Part shown: positions 1 through 21,185 of the stretch, one piece after another
How positions within the stretch are numbered: the stretch's first letter is position 1
Layout of the letters: every line of letters begins with the position of its first letter
NCBI RefSeq assembly: GCF_009914755.1
Contig: NC_060926.1
Source: the human T2T-CHM13v2.0 reference genome, Homo sapiens
Direction: 5' to 3' (one strand)
Length of the DNA stretch: 64,000 nt
The notes under the pieces: model-generated
The model's database searches: none
Told to the model about the DNA's origin: nothing
What the model saw: the letters and a program-made list of their open reading frames with translations, nothing else
Translations under genes and position numbers: made by a program

Positions 1-463
1 AAATCCACTTTGTGCAGGATCTGCCATTACTAGGATGTCAGAAAAACAATAAGGCTGGATCTGTAAGAGGCAAGTTATTTCCAAACAGCAGTAATAGGAC
101 CTTGGCCCCCATCCCCACTTCATGTATCTATGCAGTCTATCTACACAGCCACGCAGGGTGAGAGCTCACAATGACCAATCAGGAGTCTTGAGATCCCCTC
201 TCGATTGGGCAAGAAGCAAACGTCTGGGAGGAACATTGGAAACTGAGGCCATCTCTACAGGAACCCAAGTGGCCATGCTGTGGTGTGGTCAGGCCAGCGA
301 CTCTTACCAATTAAACAGCCAATATGTTCACCACTAAGTAGATCCTATTGATTGGTTGATGATTGCTGCTGATGTGGCCCCTTTCCCACAAACATAAAAA
401 AATAAAGGGAAGATCTGGGGCCAACACTGAAGGGGGAGGGGCACGCTAGCACAATGACACTAG

Positions 464-8756
<8,293 letters not shown>

Positions 8757-10422
8757 CTCTACTATTATCTTAGCTTAAAAACAAAAAACGCCAAAGAAAA
8801 AAGTGCAGGAATTCCTGGGTTACATATTTAACTAATAAAAATACAGTGCCCCAAATACGAAATAAACATTCGGATAAGATATTTTAAAAAGGATTTTCAG
8901 GAAATGCACCCGGAGCTATAGAAGGTATTATGTACACTACACATACAAAAAAAAGTCCCTGAAAGCTCCTTCCTGACAATTAAAATACATAACAACTAAG
9001 TTCTAAATTTCCACGATATTACATTTTAAATCAGTTCTTAAAACTTAATGGCAGTAGCATTCTCTCAAAGCAAGATTAAACGTCTTAGGAAGGCAACATA
9101 CACATCATGGTAAATTTGGAAGATTCTCAGAAACTCTTTTACACATCACGGTAAATTTGGAAGATTCCTAGAAATTATTTTACAAAGACGAGGATTCTTA
9201 ACTATTACGCAACTACTGATGGCCTTAAAGATCCATGAACTTTCTTAATCTGCAGAGGGGAATCTGTATATTTAAAACGTATTTTACAAGGATGTTCCTA
9301 ACATTTTTGAAACAAAGTTTTTACGGTGGATTCCTCAAGTAAGGAAAAAAAAATTAATACATGATAAAACTGCTTCTGTGTTTGTACTTTAAGACACTTA
9401 AACCTGTAGGTTTGACTTTTTAACAAGCTTTTATAAATAAAGCTTTACCTTCATAATTTTGATTCAAGAGACCAAAGCTATATGGCTATTTAAAGATCAG
9501 AACGGCTGTTACTCACAATGATAACGCCAGTGGTCATGTTTCTTCAAATAGGACAAAAAGTGTGCTCAAAGAAAGTCAGTTTTTGTTCTGATTTTAAATG
9601 TATATCTTAAATGCATGCATTGTGACCGTCTCCATAATTTAAAACCTCTAAGAAATTTAAACTTTCACATTATAATTTAGGGATTAGTCAATCCCTTAGT
9701 ACCAGTTAAATAATAGCCAGGAAAGCATTAGAAAACCTGAAGGTACATGTAAAGAAATGCTTTACATCACTATTTAAAATAGGTGTTGAATTTTAAGAGA
9801 AACATTTCTTTCACTAAAATTTCTGATGCCTAAGGTCCATCAGGAGTAATCTCTTTTACTCCATGATATTCACAGTAGTTTTGCTCTTGGCCTCACCAGT
9901 TTTAAGACTCTCCATTAAAGAAAGCCAATTTTATACTACCTAGGGGCACAAAAATAGTTCCCAGCTCCTCCTCTCTTTTTCCTCCTAGGTTCGGTTAAAC
10001 GAGCGAACATAGAAAACACGTACACACACTCCCTTTCGGCCCTGGTCCCTAGGGCATTGATGAAAAGCAAATTATTTCTTTACATACGCTCTGCTGTCCA
10101 CCCAGAGATTTAAAAAAAAAAAAATAAGGGAAAATACCAGAATCAGTCTGCACCCACACCTAAGCCCCGCCCCACCGGGAAAAAGCTGGGGGTAGCGGGA
10201 TTGTGAGGGTGGCGGAAAGGACGGAAAAGGCCGAGACTTCCAGCTCCTAGGTTCTCCACACCATTCTTTCCTTCAAGCTGCACCGCAGCCAGGGACCCTG
10301 ATTCTATTTTCAGCCGCGCCTCCCGATCCTCCTCCCCGCCACCATCACCAATACACGGTCCTCAATCGCTTGAATACTGGGTGGGGAGACCAGAGTGGGC
10401 CCTCTCCCCGCCCAACCCAAGG

Positions 10423-10499
10423 ACTGTGGGTGGGAGAGGTCTCCCTGCGCACACGGCTGACTCGACGCGCGCCCCGAGGACCTCTGAACTGACCCAAGT
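10423..10499 (-). ncRNA. MIR933: pre-miR-933 hairpin; mature UGUGCGCAGGGAGACCUCUCCC at 10453-10432
   Basis: Matches the recalled miR-933 sequence; arms GAGGUCCUC and GGGAGACCUC are partly complementary; lies in ATF2 intron 1. Confidence 0.9.
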
Positions 10500-10839
10500 A
10501 GGGTGAAGATAATTCGGAGGGAGGGGTCTAAGAGGGAGCCGTTATTCCTTTTTCCTCTGCCTTAGGAAAGCGCGCGAGAGGGAGGGGCCGGAACAACGAA
10601 CGCTGGTTACCTAACGGTCCGGCCCAGCCAGTCAGGTTCCCAAAGCCCACACCGCGCGGGCCGCCGAGGTGGCAGCACAGCCACAATCGCCCCAAGGGCT
10701 AAGGAGCACGTCAGGAGCACCCGAGGTGATGGGAAACGGGGGGTGGGGACTGTGCTGAGCGACGTCGCCATGTTAGCGCCTTCTTTCTCCGTATCCCTAC
10801 AGTCTCCAGCCCTGCTGACCTCTGCCCATCGTTACTCAC

Positions 10840-10993
10840 CTTTCCAGGTCACTAGTTCATGATCCTTTCGGTCACCCGCGAGCCCTGAGCACAGCCGTGT
10901 TTACAAAGCACCCCTGGAGGAAAAGGCTGAACGGCACTTTAAAGGCCACGGGCTCCCACAGGCTTCCGTCCTCTCTCGCGAGATCGGACTGAC
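10840..10993 (-). other. ATF2: ATF2 non-coding exon 1 (5'UTR); intron 1 runs off the left end of the window
   Basis: Strong donor AAG|GTGAGT at 10840/10839, Inr-like TCAGT near 10990. Gene identity comes from the adjacent MIR933 and synteny with ATP5MC3; no ATF2 coding exon is in the window. Confidence 0.85.
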
Positions 10994-13273
10994 AACCCCC
11001 GCCCGCTCGCCCCGCTCCCGGCATCCCCACCTTCCTTCTGGCGCCCCTCCCCTTCACCCACACGCCCCTTCTTGCCTTCCTTCTGAGGGAGCGCCTCCGA
11101 GTCAGGTGATTCCGTCAGGCTTAAGGAGAAGAAGGCGGGTCTTCGGCAGGGCGGGTAGAGGGGACGGGCATCAAAGAGCACTCGGGCGCTCATGATTGGA
11201 CAAGGAGCCCGAAGGGCGGGAAGCAGTTCTGGAGGGGGCGGGACCAGAGGGCCCAAGGAGCGTTACTTCTGTAAACTCGGAGCTGTGGAAGACTGTGATT
11301 GGCTGTCGGCTGGAGGAGGGCGCGGGTGCAGGCGGCGGTGAAGGGCTAGGCAGGGCTTTGGCGGTGTGAGGGGAGGAAAGGTGGTGAGCTCCGGAAAGGC
11401 TGCTAGAGGGAAAGCAGGATGGGTCCTCCGAGTCCAGCCCCAGGAGCCGGGTGTCTCCGTTTCCGTCACTTCCCAGCACTAGGTAGGGAGGTGGGTAAAA
11501 GTAGGCTGCGTTCCTCAGCCCACCCCTTGGCTCCCCGGGAGCCTGAGGCGGGGAGCTTCGGGTTAGGTGAGGTTTGGGGGAGGCGGAGTTTGCTGGTAAT
11601 TGCCCATCCCTCCCCTCCAAAAAACCCCACACAACTTAAAGATTTTAATATTAACTGTAAGGATGTTGGTTATTCAATAAATAGGCACAAGTTGAAAAGT
11701 ATGATCAGAGGCCTCTGTGAGAATTTACATTATTCAATAAAAGATTTTCAGTGTCTTATTTTTTCCATTTATTAAATACTGATTTCTAGTCTGGAACAAA
11801 ATTATGAACTAGTTTATATATTAACATAAAATACACTCTCAAAATTGTTGAAAGGTTTTGGGGGATAGTATGAGAGTTAATGAGCCTGAAGTTCAAGAAT
11901 GATATCTGGCATAAAAGTGAAATTGTAATGGCATTGACATTTTAACAGGTAGGTCTCTGGACCGCATACATGTGTATAAGCCAACTCAGTCCTCTTTTAA
12001 AACTAATTTTAGTTAAGAAACATTAAGCCAAATTATTAACACTTTCCTACTTAAAATGAAAGTACTGTCCCCATATAGTAACAGTAATGTAGTAGTGCCA
12101 TTGTAGTGTAACACTAATTATGTCAGCAAAACCTCACAGTTCAGATTACTCATGATGGAAATGGTGGACAAAATGTTTGATTGACATCACAATTGTTAGG
12201 TCTAGAACGCATTGATTAAATAGATGCTTCTCTCTCCATCTCCCAAAACAACTAATGTGAGAAAAAGAACTGCAAATGTTACGACATTTCAAAAGAAGTT
12301 TGGGTCAATTAGAATAGATTTTTTTAAAAAAATTGTTTTTCCATTTGAAATTTTTTCCAGTGTTGATTCAATTGGGCAGTAGCTTTGGTTTTAAATTTCT
12401 CATTGCTACTTCTCCAGTCTGTTGTCAAGCAGTTAGTTATCTACATGATGCATTCGAGAAACACATTATTTTAAAGAAAGTCTTTCAGTTCTTTTTAGAC
12501 AAGAGAAGAACTGTTTAGTGATATGAACAGTACTCTGATCTGTTTTGATAATTCAGTTTTAGCTAATTTTCTAAAGAGAGGGTATACCTAAAGTGAGAAA
12601 AAAAAATAAGATAGGCGCAGGAAACAGGTGGAAACTATGCCGATCTGTTATATATGCATTTTGGCAGCCCGGCATTTAACAAAGGGTCTCACTTTATCCA
12701 CATATTTCTAGTTCCACAGCAGTTTGTTTACTATAGTTTTTCTACAAGTGGGGAAAACATTCAGCATTGTCAAAATGAATGTAGTTACCATATTCAGGTC
12801 TGATTCCATGAACTTGTCTCACTACTTATTCATATCCTCATAAAATGCCACCCTTTTCCATCTTTGTTCTCACTTTTGCATTCCTCAATATCCCCAAGAG
12901 TCCTAAAATTCTTTACAGTCTTCTCTTTACAAACGCAGGAAACTTCTTGTAGACCTCTTCTTTGCCTGTCTTGTTCCATGATGCATCTACCCAACTTAGT
13001 TCTAAGAGAATTAGTGAGGGTCTAGTGAATCTCCTTTAAGAACCCAGCATAACTGCTAAATAAAACTAATATTCCTTAGATACAAAATGAGGCTATTTGA
13101 AGAAAATGCATTTCTGTCATGAAAATGTTAATAAGTAAATATCACAAGAAACAATGATGGTCTCTAAGTGCCCTCAAAATCTTACAAATGCCACACAATG
13201 TGGTATTTCCACCTTAGTATGATAGGGCTGCTAATCCATAATCTGTTAAAACTGCTCACAAAAATTCTAAAAC

Positions 13274-13305
<32 letters not shown>

Positions 13306-13320
13306 ATATATGTGTATATA

Positions 13321-13352
<32 letters not shown>
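13274..13352. repeat. Compound (GT)n/(AT)n microsatellite abutting THE1
   Basis: Seen directly. Confidence 0.95.
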
Positions 13353-13353
<1 letters not shown>

Positions 13354-13703
13354 CTGTTCTCACGCTGCTAATAAAGATATACCCGAGACTGGGTAATTTA
13401 TAAAGGAAAGAGGTTTAATTGATTCACAGTTCAGCATGGCTGGGGAGGCTTCAGGAAACTCACAATCATGGCGGAAGGGGAAGCAAACATGTCCTTCTTC
13501 ACATGAATGAGTGCCCAGCAAAAGGAGAAGCCCATTATAAAACCATCAGATCTCTGAGAACTAACTCACTATCATGAGAACAGGATGGGGAAACCACCCC
13601 AATGATTCAATTATCTCCACCTGGTCCCTCCCATGACATGTGGGGATTATGGGAACTACACTTCAAGATGAGATTTGGGGTGGGGACACAGCCAAACCAT
13701 ATC
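13353..13703 (-). mobile_element. THE1-type MaLR solo LTR
   Basis: gctgctaataaagatatacccgagactgggtaattt ... cagccaaaccatatc. Confidence 0.9.
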
Positions 13704-16700
13704 TCTCTCCATCTTCCCTTTCAACTTCCTCTCCTTCTCTCTCTCACTAATAATTGATTTTCAGAACATAGTTTCTGTTTGTCTGCAGCTAACCAAAACA
13801 TAGAAGACTACAGGGCACCCCTTATGTCTACTTGGTACAACTAATCCTAGGCTTAGGGAAAGAGCCTCTACATTTTCATGATATTCTCAGGATGCAGCCC
13901 AGTACAATGGATTAGCTGGGATTTTATCAGTGGGATCAAGGTAGGGGTGTGTGTGGTGTGTGTGTGTGTGTGTGAGATGTGAAAGGGGTGGGAGACGCAG
14001 GACATGATTACCCCACTGATATCTGAGAAATGAAATAGGATAATGTGGCCCTAGACGTTGTACAGACATTTTGGTAGCTTCTATCTCATGGCAGATCTTT
14101 TCCTCTCTCTGCCAGCTCAGGGTCTTCCTGCACATTGCTGAAATGGCCTATGTTAAAGTTACCTCTCAGCACTTGTCCTCATCATGGACATTTTAAGTGC
14201 AGGGATGTCTACCCTCCAACCCAAATCTTGGGTTTCCCAAAAGAATTTATAATTAATGGGGTGTGGCATTATGGGGAAAAAGGGCTATGTTTATCTTCAC
14301 ATCATACCAGTTAGCTTATACTACCTTCAACAAAACCAGCCCAGAGAGAGGGAGAATGGAATTTAAGGGCCTTGTTTTCATTCTTGATGCTAATGCCACC
14401 TCTCTCTCTCATCTGACTCACCAGAAAGAGGGATTGCCATCATTATATTCTTTTTATACAATATTATTAATAAAAATAGGATCACTCCTACCTTTCATAG
14501 CTTCCCATAACTAGTCTATTTGTCAACCTGAGGCCCACGTAACACCAAAGCCATGTGATCTGTATCCTAGAAATCAAGGGAGGTCTGTCAGCATATGGAT
14601 CCTCCTGGGTCCTTAGACTAACATCCTGCTCGTTTCAGTTACCTTCTTACCTTGGATACAGCCTCATAGGTCAACTATGGCCAATGAGGTCAAGCATCAA
14701 CCTAATGCTCTCCTTACTCATAAAGCATCTATATTAATTGAGCATGAACATTCCAGGCACTGTTTCTGGCTCTGAGGTGACAACTATAAATAAGACAAAG
14801 TTTTTTCAGGAGACTCTTGTGGTTGGGTGCAGGGGCAGGGGGAGACATGCTACATATATAAACAAGATAATTTAAATTGTGGTAAGTACTATGGAGAAAA
14901 TAAAGCCGGGGTGTAATAACATACAATATTAGAACTTGCTTTTTAAATACAACTTTAGAGAACTTGAAAGTAACAGACACTTTAGATAGCACTAGAGTGG
15001 TCGGAGAATTCTGTGAGTTGTCCTTAAGATACAACTCTTGAGGGAAAAATACTGCGATGTCTGGCAGCTGAGAGACTCAGCCAACCTGTGTAGCTATTTG
15101 AGGAAGCAAAGCCTGGGATGCAATTATAAGAGGAGATCCTGGAGTCTCCATGGCTGGGAAGTGCTGACTAAAAGCTGTTGTTGAAGCGCCACTGACAACA
15201 ATCATGGGTCCTCAGGAGTCTCTGCCATAATAAGTTGTAGGATGCTAGCTCATGCTAATGGGAGGAACAACCAAAAGCTCTTGGATTTATGAGTCTCTAT
15301 TGGTCTTAGGTACTCTCTTTACTTCCTCTCTCCAATATTTAAGCTCCCTTGAGAAAGAAGATCGAAGTCACTAAATGTCTCAGAGGAGACACATTACTTT
15401 TGTCAATTCAGGAGAAAGAAGTGCAAATTCTTGCCAGGAACCTGAACCAGTTTTTAGGGAAATAATATTTTTTTGCCCTTAATAATGTAAAGAATTGGGC
15501 AAGTAACTGATGGACCATGTATTTGGGTGTTAAGTCCATAACACTGTCAGTAGAATTATAATATGAAATAACTACGTTGATATGCTCAGCATGTAGAGGA
15601 ATCAACAACTCATTTATAATTTCCTATGTAGAAATCACAAAATATTTTAAAAGGCTTTGCACGTAGGACCATAACAATACAATTTTTTCCTCTTCCAAGT
15701 ACCCAACACCCAAACCAAACCATATTCACTAAATTTGTCTAACAGAACTTAAAATTTACAGCAGAAGCACAAGTAGTTTATTTGGTTCTCAAATGTTATT
15801 TCCCATTTATCTACAATCCTGCCTTAAAATTAACAGCATTTACATTTATTTCTACCCAACTTCAATCACTCAGCAACTTGACCTCAAATTTTGATCATTC
15901 CTCGAGCCTACCTTATTTCCAAGATCTTGAACTCTGAAATTCTTTAAATTTCTTGTGTATTTTTTGGTTCTTATTGAAATGGCTTTTCAACATTAGTGAA
16001 ACCTCTGAGCTCTTGACCCCTCTGTTATTTCAATTTATCACCTTTATTGTGTCTTCCCTTGTTCCTTACCCAGTTTGAAATGCATAGGTCATTTTGTTGA
16101 ACAGTGCGCTTGTTTGCTGTCTGCCTAGAGCCACTTTGACCTTCCATCATCTCTTCTTCCCAGTGCACAACCCTGATAACCCTCACTGCTCTTTACATCA
16201 GTTTGTATTAGCAAGCTTCCCAACATTGCTGGAGAGTCACAAAACTAGGTGAATGATGTTCACTACCAATTTGTTACCTGTGTGGAGCTGGGTCCCTACT
16301 GCTGCTCTGCACTTCTCTTATGCACATCTAGTCTGTGCTGTACATACCTTTCTTCTCTTTTCAAGCCCAGATCTGTAAAATTATACCTCTTGTATTTAAA
16401 ATTATATAAAAAACAAAGTTCATCATTTCCCCAAATCAGGTTTTTCCTTGTCATTGCTAACAGTCATATTAAAAAAAAAAAATCAGAGCATGGGCTTTAA
16501 GGAAGATCTGAATTTGGATCCTGACTTTGCCACTTAATAGCTATGTAATTTTGGGAACTGTTTAACCTCTGAGCCTATTTTCCTTTGCATCTTGGAAATT
16601 ATTCCCAAGTTTACAGAGTTGTTATGAGGGTTAAATAACAGTATAGCTAGCACTTACTAGATGCACACACCCTCTCTTCTCCTAACTGGTTCCTGAGATC

Positions 16701-16747
16701 TAGGCATTAAATCCTACTGATACTACCTTTGCACTCTTTTTAAAATA

Positions 16748-18061
16748 TAGTGGATCCTTGAATAAGGTTAGGGGTTCAGGGCATTGATTCCCCCCACCAG
16801 CCTCCCATGCAATAAAAAAATTTGCATATAGCTTTTGACTTCCTCCAAACTTAACTACTAACAGCCTACTGTTGACCAGAAGCCTTACTGATTACATAGT
16901 TGATAAACAAATTTTGTACTCTATATACATTACATACTGTATTCTTACAATAAAGGTGGAGAAAAGAAAATGTTAAGAAAATCCTAAGAGAAAATACATT
17001 TCTAGTACTATATCAATATCATTAAGTTTACAAGTTTACACCATCTGTTTACAAGATGAACTGTCTGTCTGAAATGGTGACAACTGCAGCTGCGGACGTC
17101 TTCTACCTATGGTGCATATCAAGCCATTCAACTTCTTGCAATGTCATGACTTCGCATCGTGGGACCGCTTCTAGCATCACTACTAGTACTTTGTATAGGT
17201 TCCATGGTGTTATTCAAGGTTTATAATATTGCACTAACTCAGTGAAAAATATGCAAGAAATGGCCGGGCACGGTGGCTCACGCCTGTAGTCCTAGCACTT
17301 TGGGAGGCTGCGGCAGGGTCACCTGAGGTAAGGAGTTCGAGATCAGCCTGGCCAACATGGTGAAACCCCATCTCTACTAAAAATACAAAAATTAGCTGGG
17401 TGTGGTGGCAGGTGCCTGTAATCCCAACTACTCAGGAGGCTGAGGCAGGAGAATTGCTTGAACCCGGGAGGTGGAAGTTGGCAGTGAGCCGCCATTGCAT
17501 TCCAGCCTGGGAGACGAGAGAGACTTCATCTCAAAAAAAAAAAAAAAAAAAGGCAAGAACTGCGAAAGATCACTTTTTTTGTGATACACAATTTACTGGA
17601 GATGAACTGCCCCATGAAGATGATGAGCATCACAGCATTTTAAGTGGATACTCATAACACTTAAGCTCACTACAATAGCAACAGGAGGTGGCCACTAAAT
17701 TATTACAGTAGTACAGTATGTTCTTCAGTTAATTTTATGCAGCTATGATTTACTCCATCTCTACGTTTATATTTCTCAACTGTAAATGGTACCATGTAGT
17801 CTATGTGCATGTTTTGATAAATTTGTTTTTGTAATAGATTTATGTATATTTTATGGCAGTAAATAAAGTAGACCAGTATCTACATATTTTATGCATTCAT
17901 ACCATTTTCTTAATTTTCTCAATTATTTTTAGGCTACATGGTTTGTCTGAGAGTTTTTTCAATTTGTTACAAACCTCAAAAAACTTTCCAACATATTGAA
18001 AAAAATCTGTGTATAAGTGGACCTGCACAGTTCAAACCCATGTTGTTCAGGGGGTCAACTG
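16748..18061. mobile_element. Tigger2-family DNA transposon with an Alu inserted at ~17262-17551
   Basis: Right TIR tgttgttcagggggtcaactg; degenerate left TIR tagtggatccttgaata. Confidence 0.78.
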
Positions 18062-19060
18062 TCTTCACTGCCACCATCCTAGACTAGACCTTCATTACAT
18101 TTCAGCAAAGCTACTATAGTATGAACTGCTGTTCATTGCTGGCTCCAGTCCATCTCACATACTGGTCTCCTATCAACCTTTCTAAAATACAGCTCTAAAC
18201 TTTGAATGACTGACAGTATCACATGAATAAAAGTCACAATCTTATACCTGCCTGTTTACATAAAATGGCCCCAGTCTTCCTTTACAGCCTTATCTCACAC
18301 CATTTCTGTTTCATACTCAGGGAACTCCTTGTTTCTCATGTACCAATGCTGTGCTCATTTACTTTTCCTCATGCCGTTCACTAGCCAAAATGCCCTCTTC
18401 TGGTCTGTCCTTGTGACACGGTTCTTTAAGGTTTGTCTTAAGTTACAAATAGTACTTTTTCATGTAATTCTTCAACTATAAAATTATTTCTACTCCCTCT
18501 GAACACCTGAACACTTACTGCCACTCATTTAAGTCACCATTTTACCAACACCATCTTATCAACATGGAAAATCCATTTCATGTTTGACAGAAAAATAGTA
18601 TCTTTATCAGCTTCTGTTCAGAAACGAAGATGTCAGTAAAAAGCATTTAGCATTAATATTTGTTTGCAAAGCTCGTAAGCTGAGGCAGTACTTCCTATAA
18701 AAATGGTGCACAATAAACATTTCTGCTAGTAGATGCATTCCAGTGATGTACTTGCAATGTCATAACTTTGTTACTAGAAACAAAAGTTAAGTAAAAGGAT
18801 GTATACTCAAGGATGTTAAACTTGTGATGCACTATTACCTTTCCCCTCTATAAAGTTTGAGTCATTGTGTGTGGTTTTTTGTTGTATTGTTTTCTCAGTA
18901 GCCTGAAGACTATGCAGCCACAGTTCAGTTAGTCCATTTTCATTCTGGGAGATTCCCTCAGCTGGGACATCTCTTACAAGAAACCTGTTCCCAAATCAAC
19001 GTTTCAAGCCTTTTCAACCACCAAAACCAGCACCAAGAACAGGTCTTTACCAAGACTGTT

Positions 19061-19066
19061 TTTATT
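19061..19066 (-). terminator. Distal polyadenylation signal AATAAA of ATP5MC3
   Basis: Followed on the minus strand by GU-rich tgttcttggtgctggttttggtggttg. Confidence 0.65.
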
Positions 19067-19293
19067 TAAAATATACTTGGAATAGGTGAATATTAATCTA
19101 AGCATTTTCCTATCACTTTTAAAATTTTATACTATGTACTTTGTATTAAATAGTACAGTAGTTTCAGTAAGACATGTAAAATTTGCCATTTTAACCACCT
19201 TAAAGTGTACAATTCAGTGACATTTATTATATTTACAATGTTGTGCAACCATCACCACTAATTCATCAAATTTTAATAATCTTTTAATTTTTG

Positions 19294-19380
19294 AGCCAGA
19301 TTTAGCAGTGAGGGGCTATATACCAACTTTAATGACACTAATGTTAATAAGTTCTGATAACCCACTACCATCAGACCAGC
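19294..19380 (-). pseudogene. Y4 RNA (RNY4) retropseudogene
   Basis: Minus strand reads GCTGGTCTGATGGTAGTGGGTTATCAGAACTTATTAACATTAGTGTCA..., with an A-rich tail and a 16-bp TSD (19259-19274 / 19383-19398, 1 mismatch). Confidence 0.95.
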
Positions 19381-20940
19381 TGTAATTCATCCAATTTTCA
19401 TCATCCTAAAAGGAATCCCCATACGCATTACGCAGTCACTCCCTTTTCACCCCCTCCCTAGTTCCTGATAACTACTAATTGGCTTTGTCACCATGGATTT
19501 GCCTATTTTGGATATTTCATATAAATGGAATCATGTGGCTGGCTTCTTCCACTTAGCATGCTTTCTTAGGGTTCACTCACATCTATTCATTATGTATCAG
19601 TGCCTCATTCCTTTTCATGGCTGAATATTCCATTATATGGATGTATTTTACTTATCCATTCATCAGCTGATAGACATTTGGTTGTTTCTACCTTTCGGCT
19701 ATTGTAAGTAGTGCTTCTATGAATACTTGTATACAGGTTTTTGTTTGAATACCTATTTCCAATTCTTTTGGGTGATATAGACTAGATGATGAATCAACTA
19801 AAAACGAGGTAGCAGCTCTACCTCTTTAGCTTTTTGGGGCCTCATTTCACTTTACAGAAGGTAGGATATATATATAACTTAGTGACTCTCAAACAGTATG
19901 CACAAAAACCACCTGGGAAGCCTTTTTAAAGATGTAGATTGCTGAGTCTCATGTCCAAAGAGTCCAATTCAGTAGGTCTGGAACCTAGGGATTTTTATTT
20001 TTTAAACAAGCACTGATTCTGATGGTGGTGGTCTTCCGACACTTGAGGAACTTTGGTGACTGCTCTTTCTCAATGGAAATCAAACAGGCAAAGGGCACTA
20101 AGAAAAGTAAAATGTCACTTTCCTAATTATCAACTTTCAAAAAACCCTGAAACTTGGATGATAGATATTATGGTACAATATATTTGCTAGGGGAAAAACT
20201 GTCTATAGTAGCACCATCTTCTTCCTTTGAATGGGAAAAGTTTGACCAAGAAGCAACATAAAGTATTAGCAGCAAAATACTGTTGAACCAGCTATCATCC
20301 CCAAGACTCCCACTATAAACATGTTAGCAACAGTGATACACACTGCCTTACAGCAATTTTTGGCTGTAAAAATCTAGCCAATTCAGTTTTTTGATATTTG
20401 GTTTTTAATAGTCTTGTTCAAGTAAGAAACTAGCTGCTAGTTTCTGTTCTGAAAAGACATGGAAGATTCATTAGAGGCACACAATTGCTTAATGTGAGAC
20501 TTACTGAAAAACAAAAGTCACATTACCCCCTAGCTTAAGGCTTCATTTCCTAAAAAGCTGACGTGATTTATTTTTAGAACCACCTGTCAAGTCAGTCTTG
20601 GAAGGTGATTCTGATTTGAAGTATTCTAACTGATGTTAGACCTTAAAAACTCAAGACCATCTTGAGTATTAACTACCTTTAATTAATCATATTTTATAGA
20701 AGCTCAAAACACCCAAATATTTATCCTTTATATGAATAAACAAAAGCCCTATGAATTACAATATGCAGAACACTATATAAAAGAATTCCCATAAAAATTA
20801 CATTGGAATATTTTTCATCAGTGGAGCAACTGCTGTAGCTTCCTCTGAATGGGACAGCATCTGCCTGAATGCACGTTCTTCTTTGTGATAATCTAAACTT
20901 AGTGTAAGTACAAATCACAGAAGAAATTAAAGTTTTCATC

Positions 20941-20946
20941 TTTAAT
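20941..20946 (-). terminator. Proximal polyadenylation signal ATTAAA of ATP5MC3
   Basis: About 125 nt after the stop, with downstream U-rich ttcttctgtgatttgt. Confidence 0.7.
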
Positions 20947-21070
20947 GAAATGACTTTGGAAATAACGTACATTCCCATGACACCAATACTACAGTTTTCG
21001 GAGTCACAGTAAGATACACAGAATTACATCCGTAATTAATATGAATGCCAACATGTCAAGCAGTAATTTG

Positions 21071-21185
21071 TTACATGGCAAACAAAATCAAGAAAGCAAC
21101 CATCAAACAAAAGAGACCCATAGCTTCAGACAAGGCAAATCCCAGGATAGCATATGAGAACAGCTGCTGCTTCAGCGAAGGGTTT
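21071..21185 (-). CDS. ATP5MC3: ATP5MC3 exon 5 coding part: (R)[37 protein letters not shown]
   Basis: AG acceptor at 21187-21186, RNP loop, proton-carrying Glu in LSEAM, TAA at 21073-21071. Confidence 0.99.

Larger units (their letters stand above)
10160..11600. promoter_or_regulatory. ATF2 CpG-island promoter: TCTCGCGAGA palindrome (10974-10983), CCAAT boxes (11195-11199, 11298-11302), GC boxes, ETS sites, YY1-like CGCCATGTT (10766-10774)
   Basis: High GC/CpG against AT-rich flanks; motifs read directly. Confidence 0.88.
19045..21070 (-). other. ATP5MC3: ATP5MC3 3'UTR, short and long forms
   Basis: Follows the stop codon; proximal ATTAAA (20946-20941) and distal AATAAA (19066-19061), each followed by U/GU-rich sequence. 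Long-form extent is partly from recall. Confidence 0.7.

Noticed and set aside
9508-9516. GTGAGTAAC identical to the ATF2 exon 1 donor (minus strand)
   Set aside because: Poor exonic side (CATT|GT) and no convincing upstream acceptor; a 9-mer can recur by chance.
10872-11775. Overlapping 60-150 aa ORFs in the ATF2 island
   Set aside because: Stop-poor GC-rich DNA, mostly non-ATG starts, no recognisable protein.
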